From Octopus vulgaris (lineage: Eukaryota), in NCBI GenBank assembly GCA_951406725.2, contig OX597814.1, positions 56,482,001-56,546,000 on the forward strand: a DNA stretch of 64,000 bases, in the 5' to 3' direction. Position numbers and translations under genes: made by a program. This document shows positions 11,048 through 24,329 of this stretch, piece by piece (within the stretch, counting starts at the first letter, position 1; each line of letters opens with the position of its first letter). The notes under the pieces were generated by a model, which ran no database searches, was not told the DNA's origin, and was given only the letters and a program-made list of their open reading frames with translations.

Positions 11048-13664
11048 TTGCGTGTGAAGCAAAGGCTCTCTCAGATGAGGGATACGTGGTGGAATAAGAA
11101 GGCTGATGAGATACAGGCGGCATCAGATTCCAATAACACAAAGCTGTTGTATGGTCTCTTGCGAGAAGTTTATGGACCGACGTCTTCCCTGATGACACCA
11201 CTTCGAAGCAGGGATGGTAAAGAACTTCGTTATTCACAAGGAATTCTGCGGAGGTGGAAAGAACACTTAGATGAACTTTTGAATCAGCAGTCTGTAGTTA
11301 GTGAGGATGTTCTCAATCTCATCCCTGGATTTCCTGTGAAGGCAGAACTCGCAGAATCACCAAAGCTGGAAGAAGTTGCGATGGCTGTCTCAAGGCTGAA
11401 TAATGGGAAGTCTCCGGGTATGGATGGCATACATGCGGAGTTGTTACAGCATGGTGGTGAGAAACTTCTGCAGAAACTTCACTCTTTGTTTGGTAAGATA
11501 TGGACTAGTGAATCTGTACCTGGGGACTGGAAAGATACAGTAGTGGTGGTCCTGTATAAGGGAAAGGGCAACATGAATGATTGTGGTAATTATAGGGGAG
11601 TATCGTTGCTGTCTGTCGTAGGAAAGGTTTTATGCGGGGTACTTCTGGATCGTCTACTGAAATACGTTGCAGATTGTGTTCTTCCAGAAAGTCAATCTGG
11701 CTTTCGTGTGGGACGTGGCACTGCTGATATGATCTTTTCAGCTAGACAGCTTCAGGAAAAGTGTGTGGAACAGGATCTGGATTTGTATAAGATTTTTGTC
11801 AATCTGACAAAAGCCTTTGATACCGTCAATAGAAAAGCATTGTGGAAAGTCCTCCAGAAACTTAGGTGTCCTGAAAAGTTCCTTGCTTTGGTTAGGTCTT
11901 TTCATGAAGACATGAATGGTAGGGTGAATGTTAGACGGAAAATGTCGGAGCCCATTTCAATACAAAATGGAGTGAAACGGGGATATTCTGGCACCGACCC
12001 TATTTTCCATATATTTTGCGATGTGTTGTGTATTGCATTCAGAAACTGCAGGTACGGTGTTTACAGTGTTTACATCCATTATCGAACCTCTGGCAGCATA
12101 TTTAATATCAGGCGCTTTGCTGCAAAAACAAAGGTATTTACCTCTATCATAAGAGACCTTTTGTATGCAGATGATTGTGAGCTAGTAGCACACACAGGGA
12201 TTGATATGCAACGCATTTTGAATGCATTCTCTGGCGCTTGCACTGCCTTAGGATTGACAGTCAATCTCAAGAAAACTGTTGTCCAACCTGTCCTGGTAAG
12301 CAGTATAGTGTACCAAATATCTATGTGTATGATAAACGACTTGATGTAGTTGATCAGTTTGTCTACCTGGGAAGCACTATTAATAGATATAGCAATTTGG
12401 ATGATGAAATTCCATATAGAATTAGGAAAGCAAGTGTTGCTTTCGGAAGGCTAGAAAAGCGCCTCTGGAGTCGGCGAGACATATGCAGAAAGACAAAGAT
12501 AAAGGCGTACAAGGCATGTGTGCTCTCTTCTCTTCTCTATGCCTGCGAGACGTGGGTCACATATCGATGCCACCTTAAACAACTGGAACGTTTCCATCGG
12601 GTATTCAGTCCGATTATTTCTATGTCCCTGCGCATGATACAGTCTTAAGACATTTATTGGATGGCCGTTGACTCTCAAGAGTTCCTCCGCCCTTTGACGG
12701 GTTTCGTTTTTCATCCCGCAGGGTGTTCAATAAACACCTTCCTCACCAAGTAAGCTTGGTGGGGTTGCCAGTTTAGTCACCGACGACCCGACCATGCAAC
12801 AGGTTGTACTGGGTTACATGTTACCAGTAGCACTCGAAAGTGACCTGACATACATACATACATACATTCCATCAGATGTGTCTCAGACGGATCTATGGCA
12901 TTAAGTGGAAGGACCGCATCAGTGATCTTGAAATATTGGAAGGCTCTCGGTGTGAAAGTATAGAAGCTCTTGTGTTAAAGCAAAGGCTCCGATGGAGTGG
13001 TCATCTGGTCAAGATGAAAGATTCAAGGATGCCAAAACAACTCTTTTATGGAGAGTTAGCTAAAGGAGAACGACCTCCACATAAACCAAAAAAGAGGTAT
13101 AAGGACTTGCTGAAGGCTTCCTTAAGAGATGCTTGCATCTCTCCCGACACATGGGAAGGCATAGCTATTGATCGTAGCAGGTGGAGAAGGATTGTGCACG
13201 AGGGGCAGCCACTTTTGAGAAATCTCGAGTCGCACATGAGAAAGTAAGGAGGGATGTCAGGAAGGGCATCGCTGTTACACTTCCAGATGGGAAGGGTCTT
13301 CATATGATGCTGACATGCAGTGTCTGTGCAAGACCCTGCCTCAGTAAAGCTGGACTCAAGAGTCATCTTCGTAGTCATAAAGCGAGACAGATGAGTGACA
13401 ACCTGGCCACTGGTGGTGGTGTAACACACCATACTAATCATATCTGAGAGAGTGTAAGTCGGCAGGAGGACTTAAACGACATGCAAAGGTACATGTAGCC
13501 CAATTGCAACTACAGCCAGCTATTACCGGTAAAGGTTTTAGTTGCCTATTCTGTACAAGACATTGTAGATCTTTAGCTGGGCTAAAAAGTCACATTCGAT
13601 CACAGCACCAGTAACAGTTAAGCTTCGTGCAATGGCCATACTCGATAACGAGGGGGCAGCCATA
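11048..13664 (+). mobile_element. RTE-clade (BovB-like) LINE, 5'-truncated: RT plus C-terminal C2H2 fingers
   Basis: 433-aa ORF with KSPGMDGI, NYRGVSLLS, ESQSGFR, LTKAFDTV, LYADDC; later FVYLGS, LLYACETW, RLRWSGH; (ATGT)n tail follows. Confidence 0.95.
12599..12866 (-). mobile_element. 268-bp insertion in the RTE ORF; structured non-coding module, probably an RTE 5' UTR
   Basis: TTCCATC duplicated at 12592-12598 and 12867-12873; removal restores ERFHQMCLRRI; homologous to 61235-61421. Confidence 0.75.
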
Positions 13665-13771
13665 ATGTATGTGTGTATGTATGTATGTATGTATGTATGT
13701 ATGTATGTATGTATGTATGTATTTATGTATGTATGTGTGTATGTATGTATGTATGTATGTATACACACACA
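13665..13771. repeat. (ATGT)n tail of the RTE element
   Basis: Tetranucleotide run directly after the RTE 3' end. Confidence 0.93.
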
Positions 13772-13990
13772 CAGTAATCCCTCGATTATCGCAGGTGTCA
13801 CATTCCAAAATCTCCCGCGATGCGTGAAAATCCGCGAAGTAGAAACAGCACTGTACAGTATATTTTTAATAATTTGTATATATTTTATTACAAATGCAAA
13901 ATAAAACCACGGTAGAATCGACGTAAGCTTAAATAATAAACCGCTATTGGTGAACCACGATAGGTGAAACGATATGGTGAGGGATTACTG
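13772..13990. mobile_element. pogo/Tigger-like MITE
   Basis: TIRs CAGTAATCCCTC...GAGGGATTACTG, TA on the right. Confidence 0.85.
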
Positions 13991-14319
13991 TATGTATATG
14001 TATAAATATATATATATTTCTTTATATATATATGTATATGTATATATATATATAGAGAGAGAGGGGGGAGAGTAGTGGTACATGCATACATACATACATA
14101 CATACATACATACATACATACATACATAGTCTTAGTCATTGATTAGATTTCATTTAAAATTTATCATCTTTATCTGATTGATATAATCTCCCCTTTTACG
14201 CATTGCATTGCAAATGGAAGTAGCTGCGTGTAAATATATATGCCGTTACAGTTGTTTCAGCTTTATCAGGAACACTATAATGGGTCCTCAGATAAATACT
14301 TTTGTTTCTTTTTTTCCAT

Positions 14320-15070
14320 TAGCTTAAAACTTTATACTTTATCAAAATTTTTTACAAGTCACTTAACACTATATTCTCCTACATTGTTCATGACTTCTTA
14401 CCAGCTTTCCGCTAACTTCTGAATGCTTGTCAGTTGAAAACACCGGGTCTTGAGTCAAAGAATTCATTGTGTCACGTTTTCAGTTCCACGTTGTTGTTCA
14501 ACAGAATGCTTCGCAGACTGTTGGCGAGCGACAATACAACGAGTGCGATAAAACTTTCCAGCCGAGCTCTTGAAAAGCATTTTCAGCTAAATTAGTGGTG
14601 CGTGGGTAGGTGTTGTCGTGTTGAAGAAGCACACCGTGTTGCCGTTTGGGTCGTTTAGACCTTATGTATCAAGTAAAGGTGGCGGGTGACAGGATCATAA
14701 AAGCATCCCATTGAAACAGTGCCGATTCTCGTGAATGAGCTAGTTCAATCGATCCTCATTGAACTGAAACGCGGAGAGCTGTGTGATCAAATTTCTCCTC
14801 CTTGAAGTGTCTAAACCATTTTTGTGCAGTTCCTTTAGTAATAGCACCTTCTTACACAGCACAAATGTCTCGAGAAATTGTGGCCTGTTTGAGACCTTAA
14901 CTGAAAGCGAAGAGAAGCAGGCGTGGAAAAATGTTCCTTTTTTTCTACTTGGCACTCCATCGGCATATGTCTGAAGAGAAATAGACTTTATTCAATTTTT
15001 TTTTAAATGTGCAAAAGTTGTAGAGAAAAAATAGGGTTACAAAAACCCAGTAAAACTTTACGATAACCAT
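14320..15070 (-). mobile_element. Internally deleted mariner remnant related to 2066-3203
   Basis: Minus strand MECQVEKKEHF, QKWFRHF, QFNEDRLN, VLLQHDN, IQKLAESW. Confidence 0.75.
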
Positions 15071-15651
15071 ATTTTTCGTGTTAAATCTTCGTAATAACAT
15101 TTGAAAGAAACAAACAAATTTATTTCAGAACCCAATAATTTTACTTCTAAAACGATATACACAAATTGTACTATTTTTGCTTCACATATTACATTCTTTG
15201 TTTAAATTTTCTATTTTCATTGGTGCTTACACCTTAAACATATTTAGTACGTAATTTTAGTTCAGTCTTCAAAATATTATTTTCTATTTGACTATTTGAT
15301 AAAAAACGGGTATATATGTATTAACTATTTGTCTATCATTTTCTTAATCATATACGTACATTTTGCGTTAAAAATACCCTTGTCATAAGTCAAATTATTT
15401 CTGTTATAAAATGCTTAGGCTTTATTAGCTACTTCAGATAAACTTTGTGGATTATTTTCTGTGCCATGGGTACATGTATGGTCATAAATATTGTCAAGAT
15501 ATTAGGAAAAGTAAATTGGGTATAAAGTAACAGTCTATAAAGAAGGCCGGGATGTTAATTACCAGTTAATGATTGCATTTTTCAATTAAATGGAGCCGCT
15601 TGAAACGGTTGTGCTGCAGCACTTCTTGATATCCTGTTGCTTATTTTGATT

Positions 15652-15849
15652 TTATATACATATATATATATATATTTGCATATATATCTATGGTGTATTT
15701 TTACATACATAAATATACACACATACTTATGTATGCACGTCTGTGTGTGTATATGTATGTGTATGCATGCATATACATATATATATATATATGCATGCGT
15801 GCACACGCACATATAACTGCACACATCTGTGTTGTAACAGACGAAGTGC

Positions 15850-15886
<37 letters not shown>

Positions 15887-15985
15887 CCCAAACATATACA
15901 AACGGTTACAACGACGAAGAGGGTTCCGGTGGATCAGATCAGTGGAACAGCCTGCTCGTGAAATTAACGCGTAAGTTATACACAC

Positions 15986-16044
<59 letters not shown>

Positions 16045-16192
16045 AATGTGTGTGTGTGTAGTATATATCATAATTTGTTGGTGGTTTCCCGCACAAAGTA
16101 CAATGTAGTCATTACTTTGCGAAGAGTAAGAATATTAATTATAATATAGTAGTTAATGACGTTTTCAGTTTCGTAACATTTAAATTTCATGT

Positions 16193-16255
<63 letters not shown>

Positions 16256-16360
16256 CATGTGTGAGTGCCTATAATACAAATAAACACACAAACACACACA
16301 AAGTCACACGCAAGCTCACACATATGCTGACACATCATTTATATATATATATATATATAA
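15652..16360. repeat. Mixed (TA)/(CA)/(TG) microsatellite cluster with a short interspersed-repeat fragment at ~15897-15975
   Basis: Direct observation. Confidence 0.85.
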
Positions 16361-17129
16361 ACTTTTATTTATCTTTGGTTGTTTCTCTTTTTTGTGAACA
16401 AAAAAAAAAGAGAAACAACCAAAGATAAATAAAAGTTGCCAGTCCCGCAATATCAATCCAAGCAGTTCATCTATAAAGCTTGAATCCTTTTCACCCTCCC
16501 ACCATCGTCACATTAACATTTTTCTTCTTCTTTTCAATTCATTCTTTGCAAATTATTTTTTTACTTCTTTTTCTGTTTTCTTTAATGTTACTTTAATTTG
16601 TGGTCTCCCTTTTAAATCTCCTGATGCACAAGAATAGATCGTATTTCTTTTCACAACTCTGCTTAAAGTTTGAAATGGTAGGGACACTGATGGTAATGGA
16701 AAATGGGAACACGAGGGGGCAACTGCGGCTTAGGAGGAAGATTAACTTGTGGGTAAGTTATGCATGGCTAATATTAGTGTGTATGAGGTATGAAACACAT
16801 AAACGGCTGGCGATATCAGATGAAACAAAATGCTTGGCACTTGACACTTTCAAACCTGAGTTGTGAAAACATTGAGATTTTTTATCTTTCCAGCGCGGCT
16901 GTATCCCTTCCTCTTCAATATCTACTTCTTTATCTTCCGTTTTCATTTAAATCGGTTTTTTGTTGGGGGGGGGGGTTCATTTTTCTTTCTTTCTTTTTTT
17001 TTTTGCTTATTTTCATTTTTTTCTAGATCTGCTGATTTCTGTAATTGAACTGCGATCATGCTGAAGCTTAACCTTTAAAAACCTGGAAGCTACTTATTTT
17101 AATTTCACTTGGCGATGGACAGCTACCAA

Positions 17130-17147
17130 TATATGTATATATATATG

Positions 17148-17214
<67 letters not shown>

Positions 17215-17319
17215 TGTGTTGTGTGTGTGTGCATGTATATATGTATGTATATATGTATATATATGTATATATGTATAGATATATATATGTGTGTATATAT
17301 ATATTTCTATGTATATATG

Positions 17320-17384
<65 letters not shown>

Positions 17385-17393
17385 GTATATATG

Positions 17394-17425
<32 letters not shown>

Positions 17426-17447
17426 GTATATATATGCATATAATGTG

Positions 17448-17532
<85 letters not shown>

Positions 17533-17537
17533 GTATG

Positions 17538-17578
<41 letters not shown>

Positions 17579-17615
17579 ACATAAAATATATAGACAGAGA
17601 AATATTTAGACATAT
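17130..17615. repeat. Long (TA)/(TG) microsatellite
   Basis: Direct observation. Confidence 0.97.
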
Positions 17616-17617
17616 AT

Positions 17618-18046
17618 AAATGTCTAGTGCTTGTAGCGAAAGAGGTAGTATGGTAGACCCGTTGAAAGGGCTAAACACAGACACTTTCCTCTTTGGCCAA
17701 GCCCTCATCAACATTTTCAAGTTTCACATGAAAAGGAAATTGAGGGTGGAGAGGGGAGTGTTGCTGTGTAGCAAGTTTGTTGAAAGGTGGGTGGATATTG
17801 GAAGAATGGCCAGTGTGAAAGGACCAATTCTGAGCGTGAACCTGTTAAAAGTGAATCAAAGGAGAAAGACTCTTGTCCTGTTGTTCAGGTATTTGTGACT
17901 TTTCTGGGGTTTTCCACGGGAACCTTGAGGTGCCTCCCCTATTGGGAGTTTTAGTGAAAACCCATTGTATCTTCCTGTTTTTGTCTTTTATGTTGTATGT
18001 CAATTAATGTTTTGTATGTGAGCCTTTGTGGCTAATAAAAAAAAAA
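17618..18046 (+). mobile_element. Tx1-clade LINE 3' end fragment
   Basis: Homologous to 22984-23405; ends GGCTAATAAA(A)n then TTA repeats. Confidence 0.88.
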
Positions 18047-18975
18047 TTATTATTATTGTTATCGGCGAGTTAAGACATGTTTTTCAGAGCTTCATCAGGT
18101 TGGATTTTGTGATTTTTTCAAGTTTATTGAAAATAAACTTGAAAACTTTTGTTTGTCTGTTTTTATTTTCCGAACCCCTTTTGGTGTGGAGAAGACGTTC
18201 TTTTGTTGAAAATTTCCCCCCTTCAGGGGCAAATTTTGGACTTTTTGTCCATCTACAATATTTTTTGCTTTTCGTTTGACGAAAAACAAGATAGCTTCTT
18301 CCGTCGAGGGGAGTGCCGGTGGCTGTTCTGACGACCAGTACAGGCAAGATCCCACCCCCCTCTGAACAGCACAATCACGAGCAACGGTGCCAACCATCAC
18401 CATCAACAACAATATAGAAAACCCAGAAAATATAGCAAACCAAGAAATCACCACTAATGTTCCTGAAAAAAGAAGGAGGAAGAGAGATAAGAAAAAAAAG
18501 GATGATACTGACACCACAAACACGAACAGCTAATCTAGCGGCAACGGTTTCGCCTTGGCGGCAAAGCAAACGAAAGAGATGTTGAATTTGACAACAAATG
18601 AAATACAAAATGCAAAGGGATTGTTAAGGAAGGAAACAATGTCTTCCTTAACACCCCTCGGGAATTAGTAAAGGAAACGAATCGAAAATCAGTAATACAC
18701 AGAGTTTTAAACATCAAAAAGGAAAGAGTAGAAAGAGCCACCCAGAAACTGTTAGAAATGGCCATCAAACCGATTTGGACCAACAAAACCTATGGGACAA
18801 GAGGAAAGCGCTTCGGCACGGTGGAAGTGCGTTTTGCAACTGAGAAGGAGGCAAGACAGCATTCCACTGTGCCACTAAAAACAGACGAATTCCTACTCGT
18901 GCCGACATACCTTGGTGGGCGCGTGAAAAAAATTAAAATTGGGGAGGTGCCCCCGAAATAAATACATGTTGGCTG

Positions 18976-19448
18976 GTGGCGGCTGTCCTTTTTTATATAG
19001 CGGACACCGCCAATATACTGGAGGTGCATAAATTGCACCAACAAAATTGGACGGGTCAGGGACTAGAGCTTCTTGTTCAAATTGAAAAAGGGGCCATAAA
19101 TTCTATCCCCGACGCCATAAATTTACCAGACGGCACGAGACTGTACGTAACCGTAGAGGGCAGGCGGCTGAGGTGCTACTTTTGTGGGAACGACCAGCAC
19201 CTCAAGGTCGACTGCCCCAAATACGAAAAAATGCGAAAAAAGCTGCAAGCGACAACAGAAGCGGGGGCACCTCCAGTGCAGCAACAGAAATCAAACACAT
19301 CGCTATCAGTAACACTGACGCCGCCTCTAGCAGTCGCCAGGGCAACACTAATACCAACACCAACAACACCGGACGGAGTAAGACCACCAGCCGAAGTAAC
19401 TCAACCAGTCGGGCTATCACCACCACCACCACCAATACCAGCCGGAGT

Positions 19449-19479
<31 letters not shown>

Positions 19480-20031
19480 TATGAACACCCCACAAAAAAG
19501 TACAGCCAAAGAATATCCCCCCTTCTCGATCAAAACAACCCGGACTATTCGAGTATTGAGGTCGAGAAGGGGGAATGGCAAACAGTTCCCACTAAAAAGA
19601 GGAAAATAAGACAGTGGAAGAAAGAGGGAGAGGCGCAGAGAGGAGGAAATGCCCAACAGCAGCAACACACACACGCACACAGCAACCAACAACACGCACT
19701 ACCACCTCAAACACCGACACAAGCAGATTGCCCAAACACCACCAACCTCACAGCCATCGACACCGACAACACAAACCTCGTTAAATATCTCTGGCAACAC
19801 ACAGACACCACAATGGAAGACATTCTCTTTCTAACATACAATGCACCACCACCACCACCACACATAAAAATATTGAAATTAAAACATGGCACCTACAACC
19901 ATCTAAAAAATAACTTTCCTTGTGCTGTCGGGTCTTTTCAAAAAATGTTTTCTAAAACAATCTACAAAAACCTCGTAGAAACGCCCACAACAAAGACCAG
20001 GGGGACAATAGTAAGCAGAGCTCTTCTCTGA
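18976..20031 (+). pseudogene. Tx1 ORF1 (gag-like), C-terminal open segment
   Basis: 351-aa frame with CYFCGNDQHLKVDC (CX2CX4HX4C), Pro-rich linker, WQTVPTKKRK; upstream part broken. Confidence 0.85.
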
Positions 20032-20044
20032 ATTTATTTTTACA

Positions 20045-23000
20045 ATGGTCATTGTAAGAGGTTGTGTAAATCTCAGGGGCCTCAGGTCGCTTTGCAAACA
20101 AGATCACCTTTTAAATGACATGAGGTCCCTTAGTGTAGATGTTGCAGCCATTAGTGAATCCAGACTATCCGACCCACTGGACCGCATCACCTTTTTCGGT
20201 GGATACGAGTTTTTCTATCTCCGTATCGGCCGGGAGGGGACGGTGGTGGTACTGTGGTGTTTTTCCGGAAGGGTCTGGATTTGAAAATAAAGGCAGTCTT
20301 CCGGGATCCTGAAGGTAAGTTGGTGGTCCTAGATGTGAACAGCGGTGACGGCGGTGCTTTCAGACTGGTGGCTGTCTATGCTCCGACTGGGGCAGGGCGG
20401 TCTGATTACTTCAAGCTTCTGGAGGATTTCCTGGGAACGTCTCGGACTTTAGTATTAGTAGGGGATTGCAATACTCTCTCAGATGGACGTTTCGATTGCG
20501 TGGGAGTACCTGATAGGAAAGTGAAGGGCAAAAGCCTCAAACACTTGCTCACATGTTTTCACTTGTCTGACGGGTACCGACTAGATTACCCGAATGTGTC
20601 AATGTGGACTTGGACAAACCGCTTCGGGTCATCTAGATCGTATCTAGATAGGGTATTTTGTAGGCCAGAGGATAAGGATAGCTTAGGGTGACCTCAATTT
20701 CACATAGTCGTCTACACAGACCACAAATTTGTGATCTGTACGGTCGACTTAGATAGACTTCATAGACAGAGTCCCGGTTGCTGGAAGCTGAACACGTCGT
20801 CACCGGCGTGTCAAGATTAAAGAGACCGTAGTTAAGCGGGCGTTGACGGGGCTAACGTCAACAGCAACTGGTAGTTTGCTCTTAAAAGGGCAATTAGAGT
20901 AGAATGGATTAGGTTCAGCAAGGCATTAGCGGTGGAGAAAAATAGAATAGAGGGAGATTTAGTTAGAAAGTTAGATGAGGCACTTAGGACAGGCATCGCA
21001 ACTGGAGTGTTGGCGGCGAGATTGGCCCCCGACCAATTTTTCGACGCCAAACACGAAGGTTGCGTTGTCAGAGCTAAGGCACGCTCACTAAGCGGGGAGG
21101 GAACGAAAGCGTCGCGATGGGCCCGCGTGGCAGAAGCGAAAAGTGGCAATAAAGTCACCATTCGGTCATTGGTGTACCAGAGCGAATGTGTGGTGTTCGA
21201 GCTGAAACAGATGTGTGCGGCTTTTCAATAGCACTTTGCTCGACTGTTCGGGACGAATGGTGGGACGCTTCATACGAGCTTCAAACTGTCTGTCGTACGA
21301 GCTTCATACTTCGATGCCAGACTTGTTTGCGGGCTTCTTAGCAAACGTCTACTGCAATTGGCAGCAGAATGGGAGAATTCCCACTTTTGTCTGTCGAGGG
21401 GCGGTAGTACTACTGAGAAAGGACCCAAACAATGAGACGTTATAAAGAATTTCAGTCCCACCATTCTGCTCAATGCGGTGTTGAAGATTTTGGCCAAGAG
21501 GCTGGTGCTTGTCGTGGACAAACTGGTTGGCGAAACGCAAACATGCGCTATCTTAACTAGGAATATTCACGATAACCTCCATCATTATGTGCTACATCAT
21601 AGAGAAGGGGGATTACGAAGCTGGTATGGGTGGGGGTCTGATCAATTTAGACCAATCTAAAGCCTTTGATAGGGTCGACCATCAATACTTGGCAGCTGTC
21701 CTCAGAGCAGCCGGTTTCGGTCCAGTTTTCCGCAGTTGAATCGCTGCTTTGTATAGCGGCATCTGCTAGGATGTTCGGGTGAATGGTCACCTGTCAGAAC
21801 TATTCAGCATCTTGCGTTCGGTCCTGCAAGGGTGCCCTCTATCCTCCCTTTTCTATATACTGACTCATGAGCCATTACTGCGGAAGTTGGAGGCTTTGAG
21901 GGGTGTCCCGCGTGATCTAGGATATGGGAGAAGTTTGCTTACGGTGATGATGTCACCATCATAGTGTCGAGCCACAGGCATATAGACCTGATTGGCGAAA
22001 CACTACAGGTATATGAAACGGTGAGAGGAGCAAAACTTAACGCGGGAAAAACAGTGGGTTTGCAACCCGGCACCTGGAGATTCAAGTCCATGCCGTCGAA
22101 CAGCGTTGTAGGACCCTGGACAGACGATCCCGTTCAGTTGGTCCGGTTTGGTCCGGACATCCAGGTGGAGAAAAACTTGGACGAGGTGACGAGCAGGGTA
22201 GCCAATCTTACCCAGAAATGGGCCGAGAGGAAGCTGTTCCTGAAAGATCGAGAGAAGGCGACGAATGCGTATATCGCATCCGTCATCTATTAGCGCTTGA
22301 CTGTCGTTCCTTGCCCTGTTTACGGGTTGACCAAGGTGGTGCGCTTACTCTTCCGCCGCCGAATGGCGGGCTGGACATGCCGTGGTTACTGATGCGCAGA
22401 CATGTGCTGCAGATGCATACATGCGGCATCTCCAGTGTTCCCTTGACAGTCAGCAGGTGTGGTCACTGTTTGTAAGAGACACTTTTCCACAGCTCGTTTC
22501 TTTAACAATCGTGGATTAGGCGTAAACTGAGAAGGTACGCTTGGCACCTCGAGTGCCGTCAATTCCTCACAGCCGGGCGGTCACTGCGGTCGGTGTTAGT
22601 TACATTCTAGAGTTCTGTTGAGGGCTAGTGGAGGGAAAGTTCGACGACGTTCTCGGGAAATACTGGGTGCCGATAAAGATCAACTAACCAGTCTGTTTCG
22701 GAGAACTTTTTGGCTTGTGCCTATGGATAACTTCAAGAAATCCCTTGCCTGGTAGTGCTACCGAGGGACGCAACCTGTTCGGGATATACTTTACACGCCT
22801 GAGGTATGCCCAGAATGATCAAACCGTTCTGCACGCCCCAGTCCAGTACCCGAGTATTGCTGACCTGTGGGTTTATGTTGAACACCTGCTGTCGCGTGTG
22901 TGACGTATCTGACTATCAGCTGAATCCATTGTGAAAATTGCCCTGCCGTCCTCTTTTGGCGAAAAAGGGCAGGCAATTTTTATTTGTCTAGTGGCTGTAG

Positions 23001-23190
23001 CGAAAGAAGTAGTATGATGGATCCGTTTGAAAGGGCTAAAGACATACACTTTCCTCTTTGGCCCTCATCAACTTTTTCAAATGAAACCTGAAAAGGAAGT
23101 TGAGGGTGGAGAGGGAGGTGTTGCCTTGTAGCAAGTTTGTTGAAAGGTGGGCGAATGTTGGAAGAATGGATAGTGTGAAAGGACCAATTC
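20045..23190 (+). pseudogene. Tx1 ORF2 (APE endonuclease + reverse transcriptase), fragmented
   Basis: Motifs spread over ORFs 20045, 20254, 20932, 21478, 21779, 21964. Confidence 0.88.
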
Positions 23191-23883
23191 TTGTCCTGTT
23201 GTTCAGGCACCCGTGGTTTTTGTGGGGTTTTCCACGGGGATCGTTAAAGCACCTTCCCTATTGAGAGTTTTAAATTGTTTAATTTTTAATCGTTATATAT
23301 ATTATTTACACGTTGTAAAACCCATTGTATCGTCCTGTTTTAGTCTTTTATGTTGCTGCATGTGTTCTAATGTAATTTTATGTAAGTCTTTTGGGCCATA
23401 AACGAATTAATTGTTATTGTTGTTGTTGATGTACAACAGCTATTATATGCTAATCAGATTAGCAGAATGCTATCCTGGGATTTGGTAACAAGCATGGGTT
23501 TTGCAAAATACAAAATGACGTTTTTCTGTAGATCGACAATACGTGTCTCCATTACAGAGTCCTCCTGCTAGTCATGTAGAAATTTGGGCTTTGTGTCAAG
23601 TGCACAGCTTATCGCAGGAATCATTTTTACCATTGTGCTTTGCAATATCTTCATCTGTCTAACCAAGTACTGATACTCTATTAGCATTTGGTGCAAAATG
23701 TACTCTTGTTTATATTACTAATGGAGAGGTAATTCTCCACCACCTCCCGCGCCAAGAACACCAGATCACGTGATTTCAACATTCCTTGGTCTTGTCAAGG
23801 ACGGCCGCTCTCCCCGTCAGCGATATATCACAAAAGCAGTGCTAGAACAGACGCAGATGCCGTGATTAGCCAGCGAGCGTGTT

Positions 23884-23930
<47 letters not shown>

Positions 23931-23937
<7 letters not shown>

Positions 23938-24068
23938 CAACGGAGGCAGTATTAATGAGAGTTTCTCTCAAGTTGTCTACCGCCGTATAGTTTGTTCGGC
24001 CAGAATATCTACGCTTAACGGATAAATATTATCTCTCGGTATTAATACTGCCTCTGTCGCTTAGATAT
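23931..24068. mobile_element. Short foldback/MITE-like element next to (TA)n
   Basis: ataagcaacggaggcagtattaat ... attaatactgcctctgtcgcttag inverted arms. Confidence 0.6.
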
Positions 24069-24329
24069 ACTTTTCCATTACTTCTGAACCAAAGACCTAA
24101 CTAGGTTTTAGATTTGAAGTACATACAATATTTCAGTGCACTGTTTTATTGACACATTTCATACCTGAATTTATACTCATTTTGTTCTAGCTTACTGCAC
24201 CCGCTTAGAAAATGTTTAATATTTTTATCCCTTTTTCCACATTTTCTATATTTGCTGAGTGACTTTCATCAATCTTTATCAAATCTGTGCCTTTATCAAA
24301 TTCGTTCATGTGGTTTGTTCCTAAGTAGC

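Larger units (their letters stand above)
18064..23410 (+). mobile_element. Full-length defective Tx1/L1-clade LINE (ORF1 + APE-RT ORF2)
   Basis: ORF1 zinc knuckle; ORF2 GCVNLRGL, VAAISESR, LVAVYAP, LVGDCN, SYLDRV, LDQSKAFDRVDH, VLQGCPLS, YGDD; numerous stops and frameshifts. Confidence 0.92.

Noticed and set aside
12768-12845. HDV-like ribozyme fold on minus (GGTCAC..CCAGT..ACC..GG..CTAA-ACTGG)
   Set aside because: P1 and P3 are imperfect, and the second copy at 61.3 kb loses the P2 pairing while keeping alternative hairpins; reported as an unassigned structure instead
17068-17720. Long ORFs rich in YI/HT/CV (also poly-I, -L, -N, -M ORFs at 4.3, 9.3 and 49.1 kb)
   Set aside because: Translations of microsatellites, not genes
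17618-23410. LTR retrotransposon suggested by ~430-bp direct repeats
   Set aside because: Repeats are LINE 3' ends with poly-A/TTA tails; interior is APE-RT with no integrase or TG..CA termini
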